Source of the DNA: Candidatus Levyibacteriota bacterium
GTDB taxonomy: Bacteria > Patescibacteriota > Microgenomatia > Levybacterales > UBA12049
Length of the DNA stretch: 64,000 nt
NCBI GenBank assembly: GCA_027459745.1
Contig: DAIDHL010000003.1
Coordinates: 65,125-129,124, forward strand
Direction: 5' to 3'
Position numbers and translations under genes: made by a program
Notes under the pieces: generated by a model
The model's input: the letters and a program-made list of their open reading frames with translations, nothing else
Database searches by the model: none
What the model was told of the DNA's origin: nothing
In this document: positions 34,063-43,646 of the stretch, one piece after another
Numbering within the stretch: the stretch's first letter is position 1
How the letters are laid out: every line of letters begins with the position of its first letter

Positions 34063-34860
34063 ATGAAATTTGCTGAGCTGCTAAAAGTAGCTATTGTGGT
34101 TATCGTTTTTTTCTTCTTATGTCTCTTCCTCTACACCAAACTATTTGGACCGATCTTTATCGCTAATATCTCTAATGATTCTAATCTTTTCACTGTTGAT
34201 GGAACAGGTAGCGCCTCGGCAGTTCCTACAGCTGCCACTGTTACAGTTGGTATCACGAAATCTGCGTCATCAATTCAAGAGGCACAACAACAAGTTAATA
34301 CTATTGCCAATCAACTAACGGCAGACTTTGTTAAGTTGGGTGTAAATAAGACTGATATCAAAACCACTAATTATTCTGCCACACCTATTCCAACCGGGAT
34401 TATATATCCTATGGACTCAAATACCAATGGGGGAGTTGCCTCAGACATTGCCCTCCCTGTTCGTCCTCCAATAGCAGGCGGCAACTATCAAGTTTCAGAA
34501 GATTTAGTTGTAAAAACTAATACTACAGATTTGGCCAATAAAGTGGTAGATACCGCTACTAAAGATGGCGCAAATGTGATCGGAGGGGTACAGTTCACTT
34601 TCTCAGACAATGAACAGACACAATTGGAAGATCAAGCCCGTGCTAAGGCCATCACCGATGCTAAATCTAAAGCTGAAAAAATTGCCCAAGAGTCAGGTTT
34701 GAATTTAGGTAAATTGGTAAACGTGTCAGAAAATGGAGGCCCTCAGCCAGTGGTATTTAATTCCATGGCCAAAACATCAACTGCACCTGCTACAACTCAA
34801 TTATTACCTGGGCAAAATCAGGTCACTGTTAACGTCACCCTCTCATACCAAACTTGGTAA
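34063..34860 (+). CDS. SIMPL-domain (DUF541 / BP26-OMP28-like) protein with an N-terminal membrane anchor
   Basis: A Gly-rich SIMPL core motif, C-terminal ITDAKSKAEKIAQESGLNLGKLVNVSE, and LLPGQNQVTVNVTLSY, characteristic of the SIMPL family. Confidence 0.6.
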   Translation: MKFAELLKVAIVVIVFFFLCLFLYTKLFGPIFIANISNDSNLFTVDGTGSASAVPTAATVTVGITKSASSIQEAQQQVNTIANQLTADFVKLGVNKTDIKTTNYSATPIPTGIIYPMDSNTNGGVASDIALPVRPPIAGGNYQVSEDLVVKTNTTDLANKVVDTATKDGANVIGGVQFTFSDNEQTQLEDQARAKAITDAKSKAEKIAQESGLNLGKLVNVSENGGPQPVVFNSMAKTSTAPATTQLLPGQNQVTVNVTLSYQTW

Positions 34861-34900
34861 AAAATAAAAACCTGCTGCTCAGGATGACAGAAAAAATGAA
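34861..34900 (-). repeat. Partial copy, in inverse orientation, of the CATTTTTTCTGTCATCCTGAGC structured repeat family (see 53032 and 54968), between convergent genes
   Basis: The reverse complement reads cattttttctgtcatcctgagcag, matching the 5' half of the 54968 copy at 23/24. Probably acts as a bidirectional terminator-like hairpin. Confidence 0.5.
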
Positions 34901-34903
34901 TAA

Positions 34904-35860
34904 TTATATTTTTTCTGTCACTTTCTCTTTGTTTCCTGAGTGAAAGGCTCTGTGGACCTCGCGCAGTTGTTTGTTGGTAATGTGAGTGTAAATCTGCGTA
35001 GTTGCGATATTTTTGTGCCCCAGCATTTCTTGAACTGAGCGAATATCGGCTCCATTGGTTAACAAATCTGTGGCAAATGAATGACGTAACGTGTGAACTG
35101 ATGCATCAACTGGCAAACGAGCAGCCTTGACGTATTTCTTAACCAAACGCTCAATACTTCGTGGAGTTAAACGCATTTTTTCACCTTCATCATCAGAAAT
35201 AATCTGTCCAGAATAGCGAATAAATAACGGCTTAAAACCATCAATGCGAATTTTTAGATATCTTTGCAGCCATTCACTGGCACGATCGGATAAAAACACA
35301 ATCCGTTGCTTGCGACCTTTACCAATGATCCCAAATTCAGCTCGTTCAAAATTGATCGAATTAACATTCAGAGAAACCAACTCAGAAACGCGTAAACCTG
35401 TAGAAAATAACAGCTCCATTACGGCTCGATCACGCAAACCCTCATCAGTAGACGTATCTGGTTGAGTCACTAATTGATCAACTTGTTCACGCTCCAGGAA
35501 TTTTAAACTGCGACTTTCAGTTTTGGGTAAATCAATCTTGGATGGCTCAAGAGTATTAACATCATTTTTTAACAGAAAACGTAAAAATGAGCGCAAAGCA
35601 ATGACGTAATAATTTTGTGTAACTTTTTTAATCGGCTGGCCATTCTCATCTGTTTTATTACTTAAAAAAACTCTATAGCGACGGATAATAAATAAATCCA
35701 AGTCCCCTATTTTTTTATGCGGCAGGGTAGAGGAGAACCAAGTTTCAAAGGTCTGTAAGTAGTGTCTATAATCACGAATAGTTAACTTAGAAGAATTTTT
35801 TTCAATCGACAAATATTCTAAATAATTCTCAATCAAATTGCTGATAGGTTCATCCTGCAT
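34904..35860 (-). CDS. xerC: Tyrosine site-specific recombinase XerC/XerD family
   Basis: Catalytic motifs R..ELLFSTGLRVSEL, HTLRHSFATDLL, and GHKNIATTQIYTHI (catalytic Tyr). Confidence 0.9.
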   Translation of the reverse strand: MQDEPISNLIENYLEYLSIEKNSSKLTIRDYRHYLQTFETWFSSTLPHKKIGDLDLFIIRRYRVFLSNKTDENGQPIKKVTQNYYVIALRSFLRFLLKNDVNTLEPSKIDLPKTESRSLKFLEREQVDQLVTQPDTSTDEGLRDRAVMELLFSTGLRVSELVSLNVNSINFERAEFGIIGKGRKQRIVFLSDRASEWLQRYLKIRIDGFKPLFIRYSGQIISDDEGEKMRLTPRSIERLVKKYVKAARLPVDASVHTLRHSFATDLLTNGADIRSVQEMLGHKNIATTQIYTHITNKQLREVHRAFHSGNKEKVTEKI

Positions 35861-35942
35861 ATGACAACATACATCTTAACTAATATCTAAAATAAGTTCA
35901 ACTTGACGAAAATCAACCTATAAGATATAATCCTATATTAAT

Positions 35943-36674
35943 ATGTCTAGGGTAGAAACAGGTTTAGGCAAACCAATAAAAAGAAAACTTAGAACTCCGC
36001 AAGGACGAAGATCTGTACATAGTCTTTCAGATAGTGGACTAACAGATCATATAACTCGACTCTTTAGAGGTAGAAAACATTCTTCATTGAGACAAGTTAG
36101 TGACGAAGAGTTACAGGCAAGATTAGAAGCCGAAAGAAAGGGAAAAGTATCTACAGATGCTGCTATTCAAAATCCAAGCAGATCAACAAGTGCTACAGAA
36201 TATGCAATTGCAGCACTAAGTATAGCTGGAGTTATAGGTTTTGGAGCCGTTGTCGAAAAATTTAACAATCATGGAGCCGCTCAAGAAATTAATTTTGGTA
36301 CTGGTCTTGTGGGAGCAAATGCAACTATAACAGAGGATAGTTTTAATGGCCAAAAAGTTTCTAGAAAGGACATCAGTATTCCCGGAGTAAATATGCAAGA
36401 AGGGCACAAAGTCCTTTTTAGAAATCCCTTGGTAGATGTGCAAGATGCACAAATTTATCTTGAATTTCAAGGAAAATTAGACGGCCGTTTACATAACTTC
36501 TATGCTCATATCGATGGCACAAATGCAGGATTTTTGTCTTTAAATGTAGCTGACGTCACCGGAACAAACAGAGTAGGGGACCAAACAATTTTTACTTATA
36601 AAGGAAGTGGCGGCAATACTAATCAAATTCAGAGAAGATTCGTAAGTGTGGCTTATAATCAAGCAACTAAATAA
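35943..36674 (+). CDS. Hypothetical membrane-anchored protein
   Basis: Basic N-terminus and a central TM AIAALSIAGVIGFGAVV. No known motif. Confidence 0.4.
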   Translation: MSRVETGLGKPIKRKLRTPQGRRSVHSLSDSGLTDHITRLFRGRKHSSLRQVSDEELQARLEAERKGKVSTDAAIQNPSRSTSATEYAIAALSIAGVIGFGAVVEKFNNHGAAQEINFGTGLVGANATITEDSFNGQKVSRKDISIPGVNMQEGHKVLFRNPLVDVQDAQIYLEFQGKLDGRLHNFYAHIDGTNAGFLSLNVADVTGTNRVGDQTIFTYKGSGGNTNQIQRRFVSVAYNQATK

Positions 36675-36892
36675 TTTAATTTCCCTAAACCTCGTGAAAT
36701 AAACAACCTCCGTGAAAAATTATTTTCACAATAACTAAATTTTCACATTTGTACATACATGTCATCCTGGAGAAGCTGCAAGCTTGGAGAGGATCTCATA
36801 GATCTTAGATTCTATCGTGGCCGTTAGCCACTCCAGAATGACAAATTTATATCTTTACAAACTGCATTCATGTCACGCTGAGTCACTGACTC

Positions 36893-37068
36893 TACAGATT
36901 TTCTGACATACTGATTTTACCGATTTTACCGAACCACTGATACACTGATTATACCGACTCACAGACTCTCTTATACTCTCACTTCTAAATATATTAAACC
37001 TTCGGTACCTTCGATACTTTCGACCCCTTTGATACCTCAAAAAATGACCCCCTAGGATGCCCTAGGAC
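36893..37068. repeat. Cluster of short tandem duplications (gattttacc x2, ctgat-taccgac units, ttcgatac units, ccctaggaYg x2) inside a 1.1-kb noncoding region
   Basis: Read directly from the sequence. No ORF longer than 60 aa in any frame across 36675-37787. Confidence 0.6.
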
Positions 37069-37787
37069 GCGTTTAAATTACAAAGATGACCAAGTATACC
37101 TTTTATAATATCTGTCGTTAAACTTATGGTATAAACCATGCCATTGTAGAGTTAAAAACTAGACAATAAATGACCAAGAAAAAGTTGAAAAAAATACATA
37201 AGGAAATTCAGCAGGAAATCCGTAGAGAATTAAGCATAACTAGTATCTGACAATAATATTTAGACCGCAATTAGTGTCCCTAAAGGTGCACCAGCTGAAG
37301 GCCTCCCCCCAGGCTAATGTTCAAAATTGCGTCGCAAAAGTATTATTGTGCGACGTGATATATTTTAACCTCGCTCCTGGGAAGAGAAGCTAAAAATAGA
37401 ATTTAATTAATCTAATAATTAATGACCTCCTTAATTACCTAGAACATTAACTACCACCTTTGACATACCCCTCCTCCGGTACCTCTCCACGGCTAGCTCC
37501 AGTGGGTCGTGAAAAGTCTTTTCGTATTTTTTTCAAAATAATTAGCACTCACTGTTTGCAGGAGATAAAGGCCGTTAATTCCCGTATACAAAAGTATGCA
37601 CTACCCCAAGTACATATACCCTTAAATTAGGCACACTGAACATATTTTGTAAGAGTTTTTAATACTTATCCACATCCGTGAAAATTCACCTTCATCTTTT
37701 TCACACTATATCAAACTATATCATCATACTACAGGATTATTATAGGCTTCTCTCTTCCCTGCCTCAACTTTGGTTTGTAGTTACTGA

Positions 37788-38816
37788 TTATCTCCCCCAC
37801 GTCGTGAATAAGAATAGAAATAAAAATGCCACCACTAATATCCAACTAAATTCCCACATAACATTTCTAAAAAGCCTTCTCTCTATCCATACATGCGAAA
37901 GCCCCATGAATAAATAAAAGATACTACCTAAAAATAATGCCAATACTGTTGGGCTACTGGGCCAGAATAACAAAACAGTCGCAATCTCAAGCAAACAGAA
38001 CGTAACTCCCCCGCTCCAAACGGAAAGTCTAAATGGAGCTTTTTGTAAAACATAAATCCACAATGAATGATAAGTCAAAGGATAAATACAAAGTAATAAT
38101 AAAGCCAAAATTACCGGCAGGGCAAAATGCAAGGAAATAACAATATTAACTAAAAAAACAAAACACACAAGTGCGATCATAAAAGACACAATTCTGGCAC
38201 CCGTGAGCAACTGGATAGTGCGAATTGCCCCAACAACAAAAATATTTTGACTGAGGAATAACGAATATAACCCAAGTCCGTAAATAAAAGTTAAAATAAG
38301 ACGGAAAATAATGCGGGTTGGAATAAGTAGATAAAATAAACCAAAAGCCAGACTATAGAAGAAAGGCAAAATAAAAATTGTATACATCATGTTATCTTTT
38401 AAGTCACGTCTCATGGCCCAATATAAAAAAACATTGGTCAATATAGCTAGTGCAAATACGATAAAAATATCTTGCTGACCAATGTTAAATTGAATAGATA
38501 AAAAAATTAAGGATAAAATAAAGATCCCAATGATAAATTTTTGACGTTTATCAAAAAAACCTTGAGAACTTTCAGAATGACGTTGGTCTGATCTTACGAT
38601 GGCAGGCCGCTCTTCCCTATTTTCTGTCGTAGAAACACGTTTACGGCGAAATATAAACGGGTTAGAAAATCTCATTTGACTATTATACATCAAGCAAGGA
38701 AGTTTATAATGCAACTCTATCATTCTGGCAAATGAAGCTCGACCAGAATAAATCAAATTTCCCTTCTTTAAAGAATCTATAGAACCAATAGCCGAAGAAC
38801 AATTGAAAAGGAGCAT
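37788..38816 (-). CDS. Polytopic membrane protein, unknown function (about 8 TM helices)
   Basis: Hydrophobic periodicity throughout. The true start is probably internal. Confidence 0.45.
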   Translation of the reverse strand: MLLFNCSSAIGSIDSLKKGNLIYSGRASFARMIELHYKLPCLMYNSQMRFSNPFIFRRKRVSTTENREERPAIVRSDQRHSESSQGFFDKRQKFIIGIFILSLIFLSIQFNIGQQDIFIVFALAILTNVFLYWAMRRDLKDNMMYTIFILPFFYSLAFGLFYLLIPTRIIFRLILTFIYGLGLYSLFLSQNIFVVGAIRTIQLLTGARIVSFMIALVCFVFLVNIVISLHFALPVILALLLLCIYPLTYHSLWIYVLQKAPFRLSVWSGGVTFCLLEIATVLLFWPSSPTVLALFLGSIFYLFMGLSHVWIERRLFRNVMWEFSWILVVAFLFLFLFTTWGR

Positions 38817-39162
38817 TGATCCATATCCCCCACGGCCAATGAAAAAATGGTGAAAATAACAGTAACACTAATCCAAATCCCCCATTGTCGATAATTGCAA
38901 ACAAAATAAAATATTTTACCAGTTTAGTATGAGGCTTTTTATAAATATATAAATACAAAAATGTGTCGAGTAAAACGACTATTCCCCATATCCGCATGAT
39001 AAAAATTTGATAGGCATTTAAATGCAAACCAAGAACAGGAACTAAATTGACAGGAATAAGCAGTGGTATTAATCCCCAGATACAAATTACCATGAAGAAC
39101 TTAAAATACATCACCCTTTTAAATGTTTGCGAATTCAAAATATTTTTATTTTCCAACCTCAT
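38704..39162 (-). CDS. Small polytopic membrane protein; overlaps the upstream end of the 37788 gene in another frame
   Basis: Four predicted TM helices. The overlap could reflect a mis-called start or a frameshift. Confidence 0.4.
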   Translation of the reverse strand: MRLENKNILNSQTFKRVMYFKFFMVICIWGLIPLLIPVNLVPVLGLHLNAYQIFIMRIWGIVVLLDTFLYLYIYKKPHTKLVKYFILFAIIDNGGFGLVLLLFSPFFHWPWGIWINAPFQLFFGYWFYRFFKEGKFDLFWSSFICQNDRVAL

Positions 39163-39215
39163 GAATGAATTATATAATAATTAAAAAACTCGGAGTATGA
39201 GATTTGTTTATTTAT

Positions 39216-39959
39216 TCAAACAGTAGCTTCGGCAGCAAATGAGGCATTGTGGAAGACATTCTGGACATCCTGGTGATCTTCTATTTTTTCTATAAAATTA
39301 GTAAATTTATCAGCTTCTTCTTGAGTAGCTAATTCCTTAAATGTCGTAGGTTTTTGAATAATAGCGCTTTCAGAAATAGTCAAATTATTTTTCATTAAAA
39401 CATCACTCACCTTGGCCAAATCTTCAGGTCTTGTATACACCACAATATCCTCTCCATCCTGAGTTACATCCTCTGCACCTGCATCAGCTGCGAGCATAAA
39501 AATATCATCTAAGATCTTGGAAGGCTTTTCCAAAATAATCTGACCCACCTGTTGGAACATATAACCAACTGTCCCTGGATTGCCGAGAACTCCTCCGTTT
39601 TTATCAAATAAACTTTTAATTTCGGGTGTAGTACGCTGCTTCTTGTCAGTAATCGCTTCTACCATGACACTAACTCCGCCGGGTCCAAACCCTTCATAAT
39701 GTACTTCTTCCATCTCATCTTGCTGCTTGCCCGAAGCTCGTTCAATTGCTCTCTCAATCGTGTCTTTAGGCATATTAACAGCACGGGCTGCATCGACTGC
39801 TAACCTAAGTTTAAAATTTTTATTCGGATCTCCGATACCACCCCCCTGTTTTACAGCCAGGGTAATAGCCATAGATAACTTGGTAAACGCCTGTCCGCGT
39901 TTAGCATCATTGGCACCTTTTTGTCTTTTAATTGTTTTCCATTTTGAATGACCACTCAT
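39216..39959 (-). CDS. yebC: YebC/PmpR family DNA-binding transcriptional regulator
   Basis: MSGHSKWKTIKRQKGANDAKRGQAFTKL is the family N-terminal signature; 247 aa. Confidence 0.93.
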   Translation of the reverse strand: MSGHSKWKTIKRQKGANDAKRGQAFTKLSMAITLAVKQGGGIGDPNKNFKLRLAVDAARAVNMPKDTIERAIERASGKQQDEMEEVHYEGFGPGGVSVMVEAITDKKQRTTPEIKSLFDKNGGVLGNPGTVGYMFQQVGQIILEKPSKILDDIFMLAADAGAEDVTQDGEDIVVYTRPEDLAKVSDVLMKNNLTISESAIIQKPTTFKELATQEEADKFTNFIEKIEDHQDVQNVFHNASFAAEATV

Positions 39960-40005
39960 ATTTATAACTTGTAACTGACCTATTATACCTCTCGACTATT
40001 GACTT

Positions 40006-40743
40006 TTGCAACCGAATTGCCTACAATTTGAAGCTATCAGTCCAACTATACAAACTTCTATGACCGCATCAAAAACACTAGCCATTCAAACCGCCCTGGC
40101 AGGAGACTGGGATGGGGCTATCAAAATAAATGAAGAGCTACTTGTAGAAAATCCTAATGACATTGATACCATGAATCGTTTGGCCTTTGCCTGGAGCAGC
40201 ATGGGAAATATCAAAAAAGCTAAAGCAGTATACCAACAAGTTTTGGATATCGATGAACATAACCCCATAGCTACACGTAATATTAAAAGACTGAATGGAT
40301 CTGATGGTAAACAGTTTACATCCGCTGCTCCCCTCACTTTTTCGAACCTTTTTATTGAAGAACCAGGTAAAACCAAAGTTGTAGAATTAATAAACTTAGC
40401 CGATAAGAAAACCTTGACTATGTTTCGCAGCGGAGAAAAAGTAGAGCTGCAGACTAAACGGATGAAAATTTTTGTTATGTCACAACAAAAACACTTCATC
40501 GGTATGCTTCCGGATGATTTAGGGAAAAGATTGATCAAGTTGATAGAAGCTGGTAATCAGTATGAAACTTTTATCAAAAGCAGTCAGGAAAACAAAGTGA
40601 TAATTTTTATCCGCGAAGTCAAAAGAGTCAGTAAATTTAAAAATCAGCCTTCTTTTATCACGCTGGAAAAAACAAAATTTACCTTCAAAACCATTCGTGA
40701 TGAGGACAACGATTCTTCAGAACATTCTGATGAAGAAAACTGA
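40006..40743 (+). CDS. TPR-like repeat protein with an acidic C-terminus
   Basis: The N-terminal 90 aa form TPR-like helices (AIKINEELLVENPNDIDTMNRLAFAW...AKAVYQQVLDIDEHNP). Confidence 0.45.
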   Translation: MQPNCLQFEAISPTIQTSMTASKTLAIQTALAGDWDGAIKINEELLVENPNDIDTMNRLAFAWSSMGNIKKAKAVYQQVLDIDEHNPIATRNIKRLNGSDGKQFTSAAPLTFSNLFIEEPGKTKVVELINLADKKTLTMFRSGEKVELQTKRMKIFVMSQQKHFIGMLPDDLGKRLIKLIEAGNQYETFIKSSQENKVIIFIREVKRVSKFKNQPSFITLEKTKFTFKTIRDEDNDSSEHSDEEN

Positions 40744-41012
40744 TTTATAACTCTCAAATCTGTTTCTCTTCATGTTCGTTTTGTTTTCCCGGTGCATAGA
40801 AAATCACTCTCCCCTTGTTAAGATCTTTTTTTACTTCATTCAATCTTTCATGCTTTTTATTTTGCTTCAATGACCAGTAAGCCCAGCCAATTGAAACGAG
40901 AGCAATTACCAGAATAATTAATATAGTCATATAGTTAAATACTCATCTACCGAATAACGTTTAATATTTTAATGTTAACTTCCTTGATACTGTAAATCTC
41001 CTCATGTAACTT

Positions 41013-41822
41013 TTAGAATGTTTTAGGATAAGCATTATCTGCCCCTATAATGATCTGAATGTCAGCAATTCCCTGTTCATCACTTAAGGCTGATGGCATC
41101 TGCAAAATCCGTTCAAGTCTGGTCACAGTATATGAAATTTTATCATAATTGATTACTGAACGTTTAACTTCAGTGGGAGCAGAGCGAACATCAATCACAT
41201 CAGCACCCATATTGGTTAACTCCGAAGCTAGACGTGTCCCCAATCCGGGTTGAGAAGTCGTGTTGATCACCTGAATTGTCTGATTATCTTTTTGAATTCC
41301 CGTATCGATAAAAAGTTGCATCCCCATAGTTCCTAAAATATTGTCTTTAGGTAAGTTGTCTACAGGCATAAATGCATACGATGCGGTATTCGCTACTAGC
41401 CACAACCTAGCTAGGTCCAACCAATTCACATGACTTGTAGAATGTTGAGCATGAAAAATAGAATCGAAAATAATCGATTTTACATCATCTTTATTGGTAA
41501 CCTTATCAATACTGGCAGTTATATTTCCATCGACTCCCAAATGTAAATCAGCTGAGACATTTTGTCCATTTATATTTTCCAATGGCACAATAATCACAGA
41601 AGCTGATGGAGTAGGCTGGAAAAGCGCCAGCATACCTTTGTTGTTGTCTGAACGAACCAAGAGCACAAATTGGTGTTGGCCATCAAAAGTACTATTTTTT
41701 AATGCAAAAACAAACTTAATTGCTAATGCAATTAATATTATGACAAGGACTATACCAATAAACAGCCATGCGGTTTTGATTCCAGAACCGTGATGAAGTC
41801 CCACATTTCTTCTCATTAGCAT
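41013..41822 (-). CDS. Membrane-anchored protein with a LytR_C-type C-terminal domain
   Basis: TM WLFIGIVLVIILIALAI. The C-terminus VINTTSQPGLGTRLASELTNMGADVIDV...IQIIIGAD matches the LytR C-terminal domain pattern. I cannot identify an LCP catalytic domain. Confidence 0.45.
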   Translation of the reverse strand: MLMRRNVGLHHGSGIKTAWLFIGIVLVIILIALAIKFVFALKNSTFDGQHQFVLLVRSDNNKGMLALFQPTPSASVIIVPLENINGQNVSADLHLGVDGNITASIDKVTNKDDVKSIIFDSIFHAQHSTSHVNWLDLARLWLVANTASYAFMPVDNLPKDNILGTMGMQLFIDTGIQKDNQTIQVINTTSQPGLGTRLASELTNMGADVIDVRSAPTEVKRSVINYDKISYTVTRLERILQMPSALSDEQGIADIQIIIGADNAYPKTF

Positions 41823-42160
41823 GTTTTACTCAGACTTTCTTTTCTTTTCAATTAATCTAGGCAAGACAAAAGTTGGAGCATCGTTTCCATATGATTGCTT
41901 ATTCAATGACTCTTTTTTCTTTTTCTTCTTCTCGCCTTTAAAAAATCCACTGTTACCAGCCATAATCTCACCTCCATTTACTGTATTTTTAGATAATAAT
42001 ACTCTATTATTATAGCTAACTTAATCAATAAAACCAAACCCATACAAACTCTAAATAAAAAATCTACACTTTAATATAGATTTATTCTGCAGACTCTAAC
42101 TATCTTTTAGTTGTCGATTCTTATCAATTTCACAGTATTTAGCTATATCTATTTATAAAA

Positions 42161-42976
42161 TTAGTTAACCTCTACTTCTAGCTCACTTGATATAAATTCC
42201 TGCAATTCTGTCGTCAATTCACTTTTAAATTCGATATCCTCTCCTGTTTTGGGATGTTTAAATTTTATTCCAGCAGCATGCAGAAATACCCTGCTCAAGA
42301 CCCTACGATCATCTCTACTGGTCTTTCTACCTGCATACAGCATATCAGAGATAATGGGATGATTGAGATATTTTAAATGGACTCTAATCTGATGAGTTCT
42401 GCCGGTTTTAGGATATAATTCCACCAAAGATAATTTTTCTTGTTTTCTCTTTTTCCAAACATATAACTTCAATGTTTGGTAAATAGTTACTGAAGGTCTA
42501 CCCCCGGGCACCACACCAAACCGGTGTCTATCCCAAGGTAAGCGATCCACAGGTATCGCGATTTCTCCCTCCCTTGGTGTCAAAACACCATGCACCAAAG
42601 CTAAATATGTCTTTTCAACTACTCTATCGTGAAATTGCGCTTGTAAATTCTTGAACGTCTGCCAGTTTTTAGCCACTAACAATATACCTGAAGTCTCTTT
42701 ATCCAAACGATGAACAATGCCTCCACGTTGTAAAAATGTCTGTTGAAAATATTCATCACTAGTATAGTCTTCTATTTTATCCTGAGGTATGGATAACTTA
42801 TCATTGGAGATTTGTAACTTTTCATCTGTCCAATCCTGAATTGTAGGTTCTTTGGTAGTTTCAGATCTATTAACTGTAATACCTGCAGGCTTGTCCAATA
42901 CCAATAAATCTTCATCTTCAAAAATAATTTTAATTGGTTCCATATTAACGAGATCGTTTGCTGGGAAGGAATTCAC
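42161..42976 (-). CDS. RluA-family 23S rRNA pseudouridine synthase (RluD/RluC-like)
   Basis: Catalytic motif HRLDKETSGILLVAKN and a C-terminal RluA core. It lacks an obvious S4 domain, so the subfamily is uncertain. Confidence 0.85.
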   Translation of the reverse strand: MNSFPANDLVNMEPIKIIFEDEDLLVLDKPAGITVNRSETTKEPTIQDWTDEKLQISNDKLSIPQDKIEDYTSDEYFQQTFLQRGGIVHRLDKETSGILLVAKNWQTFKNLQAQFHDRVVEKTYLALVHGVLTPREGEIAIPVDRLPWDRHRFGVVPGGRPSVTIYQTLKLYVWKKRKQEKLSLVELYPKTGRTHQIRVHLKYLNHPIISDMLYAGRKTSRDDRRVLSRVFLHAAGIKFKHPKTGEDIEFKSELTTELQEFISSELEVEVN

Positions 42977-43637
42977 GTCTTACCACAACGAAAAGTATAA
43001 AAAAGATCACCAAAAGATAAAAAATATCTTCTAGGCGTAAAAAGTAAAAAATTCCTTTATGGAGCAAAAAACTATCCTGTAAAAAAGAGATGACACATAA
43101 AATTGCTAAAAATATTTGCCCAATAGTGCCATCTTTAATTTCTCCCCTTCCGACTTTGGGTAATAAAATATAATTGAAAAAAAAGAATACTATCAAATAA
43201 ATAACGGCCAATATAACTTGCAGCCAAAACACTTGATTGGGCAACAAAAATAACTCACTCAACATAATCAATGGCATTATCATAAGCAATGAGGTAGCAT
43301 AGAAGTCTATTAATCTACCACTAGGTACTTTTTTCCCTTTATGCATAAACCATAAATAAACAAAAGCGCCAGCTATTCCTCCTGGAAGAATCAAACCTGG
43401 GAAGTAAGGAATGACTAAAAACTTTAATGGGTTTAAATAGCTAGTATTGCCATAAAAAATTACATAGGATAAACGACCGAAAAAAATAGCTACTAACGTA
43501 GTTATAAAAGTAAAATTGAACAGCCTTTCCAATGGCACATCTTTTCTGTCTAAAACAAAATCACCTTTGCCTAAACGATAGACATAATAAAGAAAAACAA
43601 AATAACAAAAAATTAAACAAAGTATAAACCAAGTCAT
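42945..43637 (-). CDS. lgt: Prolipoprotein diacylglyceryl transferase-like membrane protein
   Basis: FFGRLSYVIFYGN resembles Lgt IIGARLYYVLFY, and PGLILPGGIAGAF resembles the Lgt GGLSFHGGLIG region. It is shorter than typical Lgt and overlaps the rluA-family gene by 32 nt. Confidence 0.5.
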   Translation of the reverse strand: MTWFILCLIFCYFVFLYYVYRLGKGDFVLDRKDVPLERLFNFTFITTLVAIFFGRLSYVIFYGNTSYLNPLKFLVIPYFPGLILPGGIAGAFVYLWFMHKGKKVPSGRLIDFYATSLLMIMPLIMLSELFLLPNQVFWLQVILAVIYLIVFFFFNYILLPKVGRGEIKDGTIGQIFLAILCVISFLQDSFLLHKGIFYFLRLEDIFYLLVIFFILFVVVRREFLPSKRSR

Positions 43638-43646
43638 AAATTTATT

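Noticed and set aside
34904-35860. Transposase or IS element around the tyrosine recombinase
   Set aside because: The protein has the full XerC/D catalytic signature and a normal chromosomal context. I found no terminal inverted repeats bracketing it.
37260-37330. RNase P RNA, based on the AAAGGTGCACCAG resemblance to the GGUGCGGUAAGAGCGCACC region
   Set aside because: The match is only a short palindromic fragment that cannot form the P-type hairpin, and I could not find the P4 elements (AGGAAAGUCCGGGC / ACAGAA-CCGGCUUA). It is left as unassigned.
36690-37710. Possible CRISPR array suggested by the recurring CGTGAAAA / TTTTCACA motifs
   Set aside because: The motif copies are only 8-9 nt long and irregularly spaced, with some inverted, and there are no 25-40-nt repeats with regular spacers. 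No cas genes are in the window.
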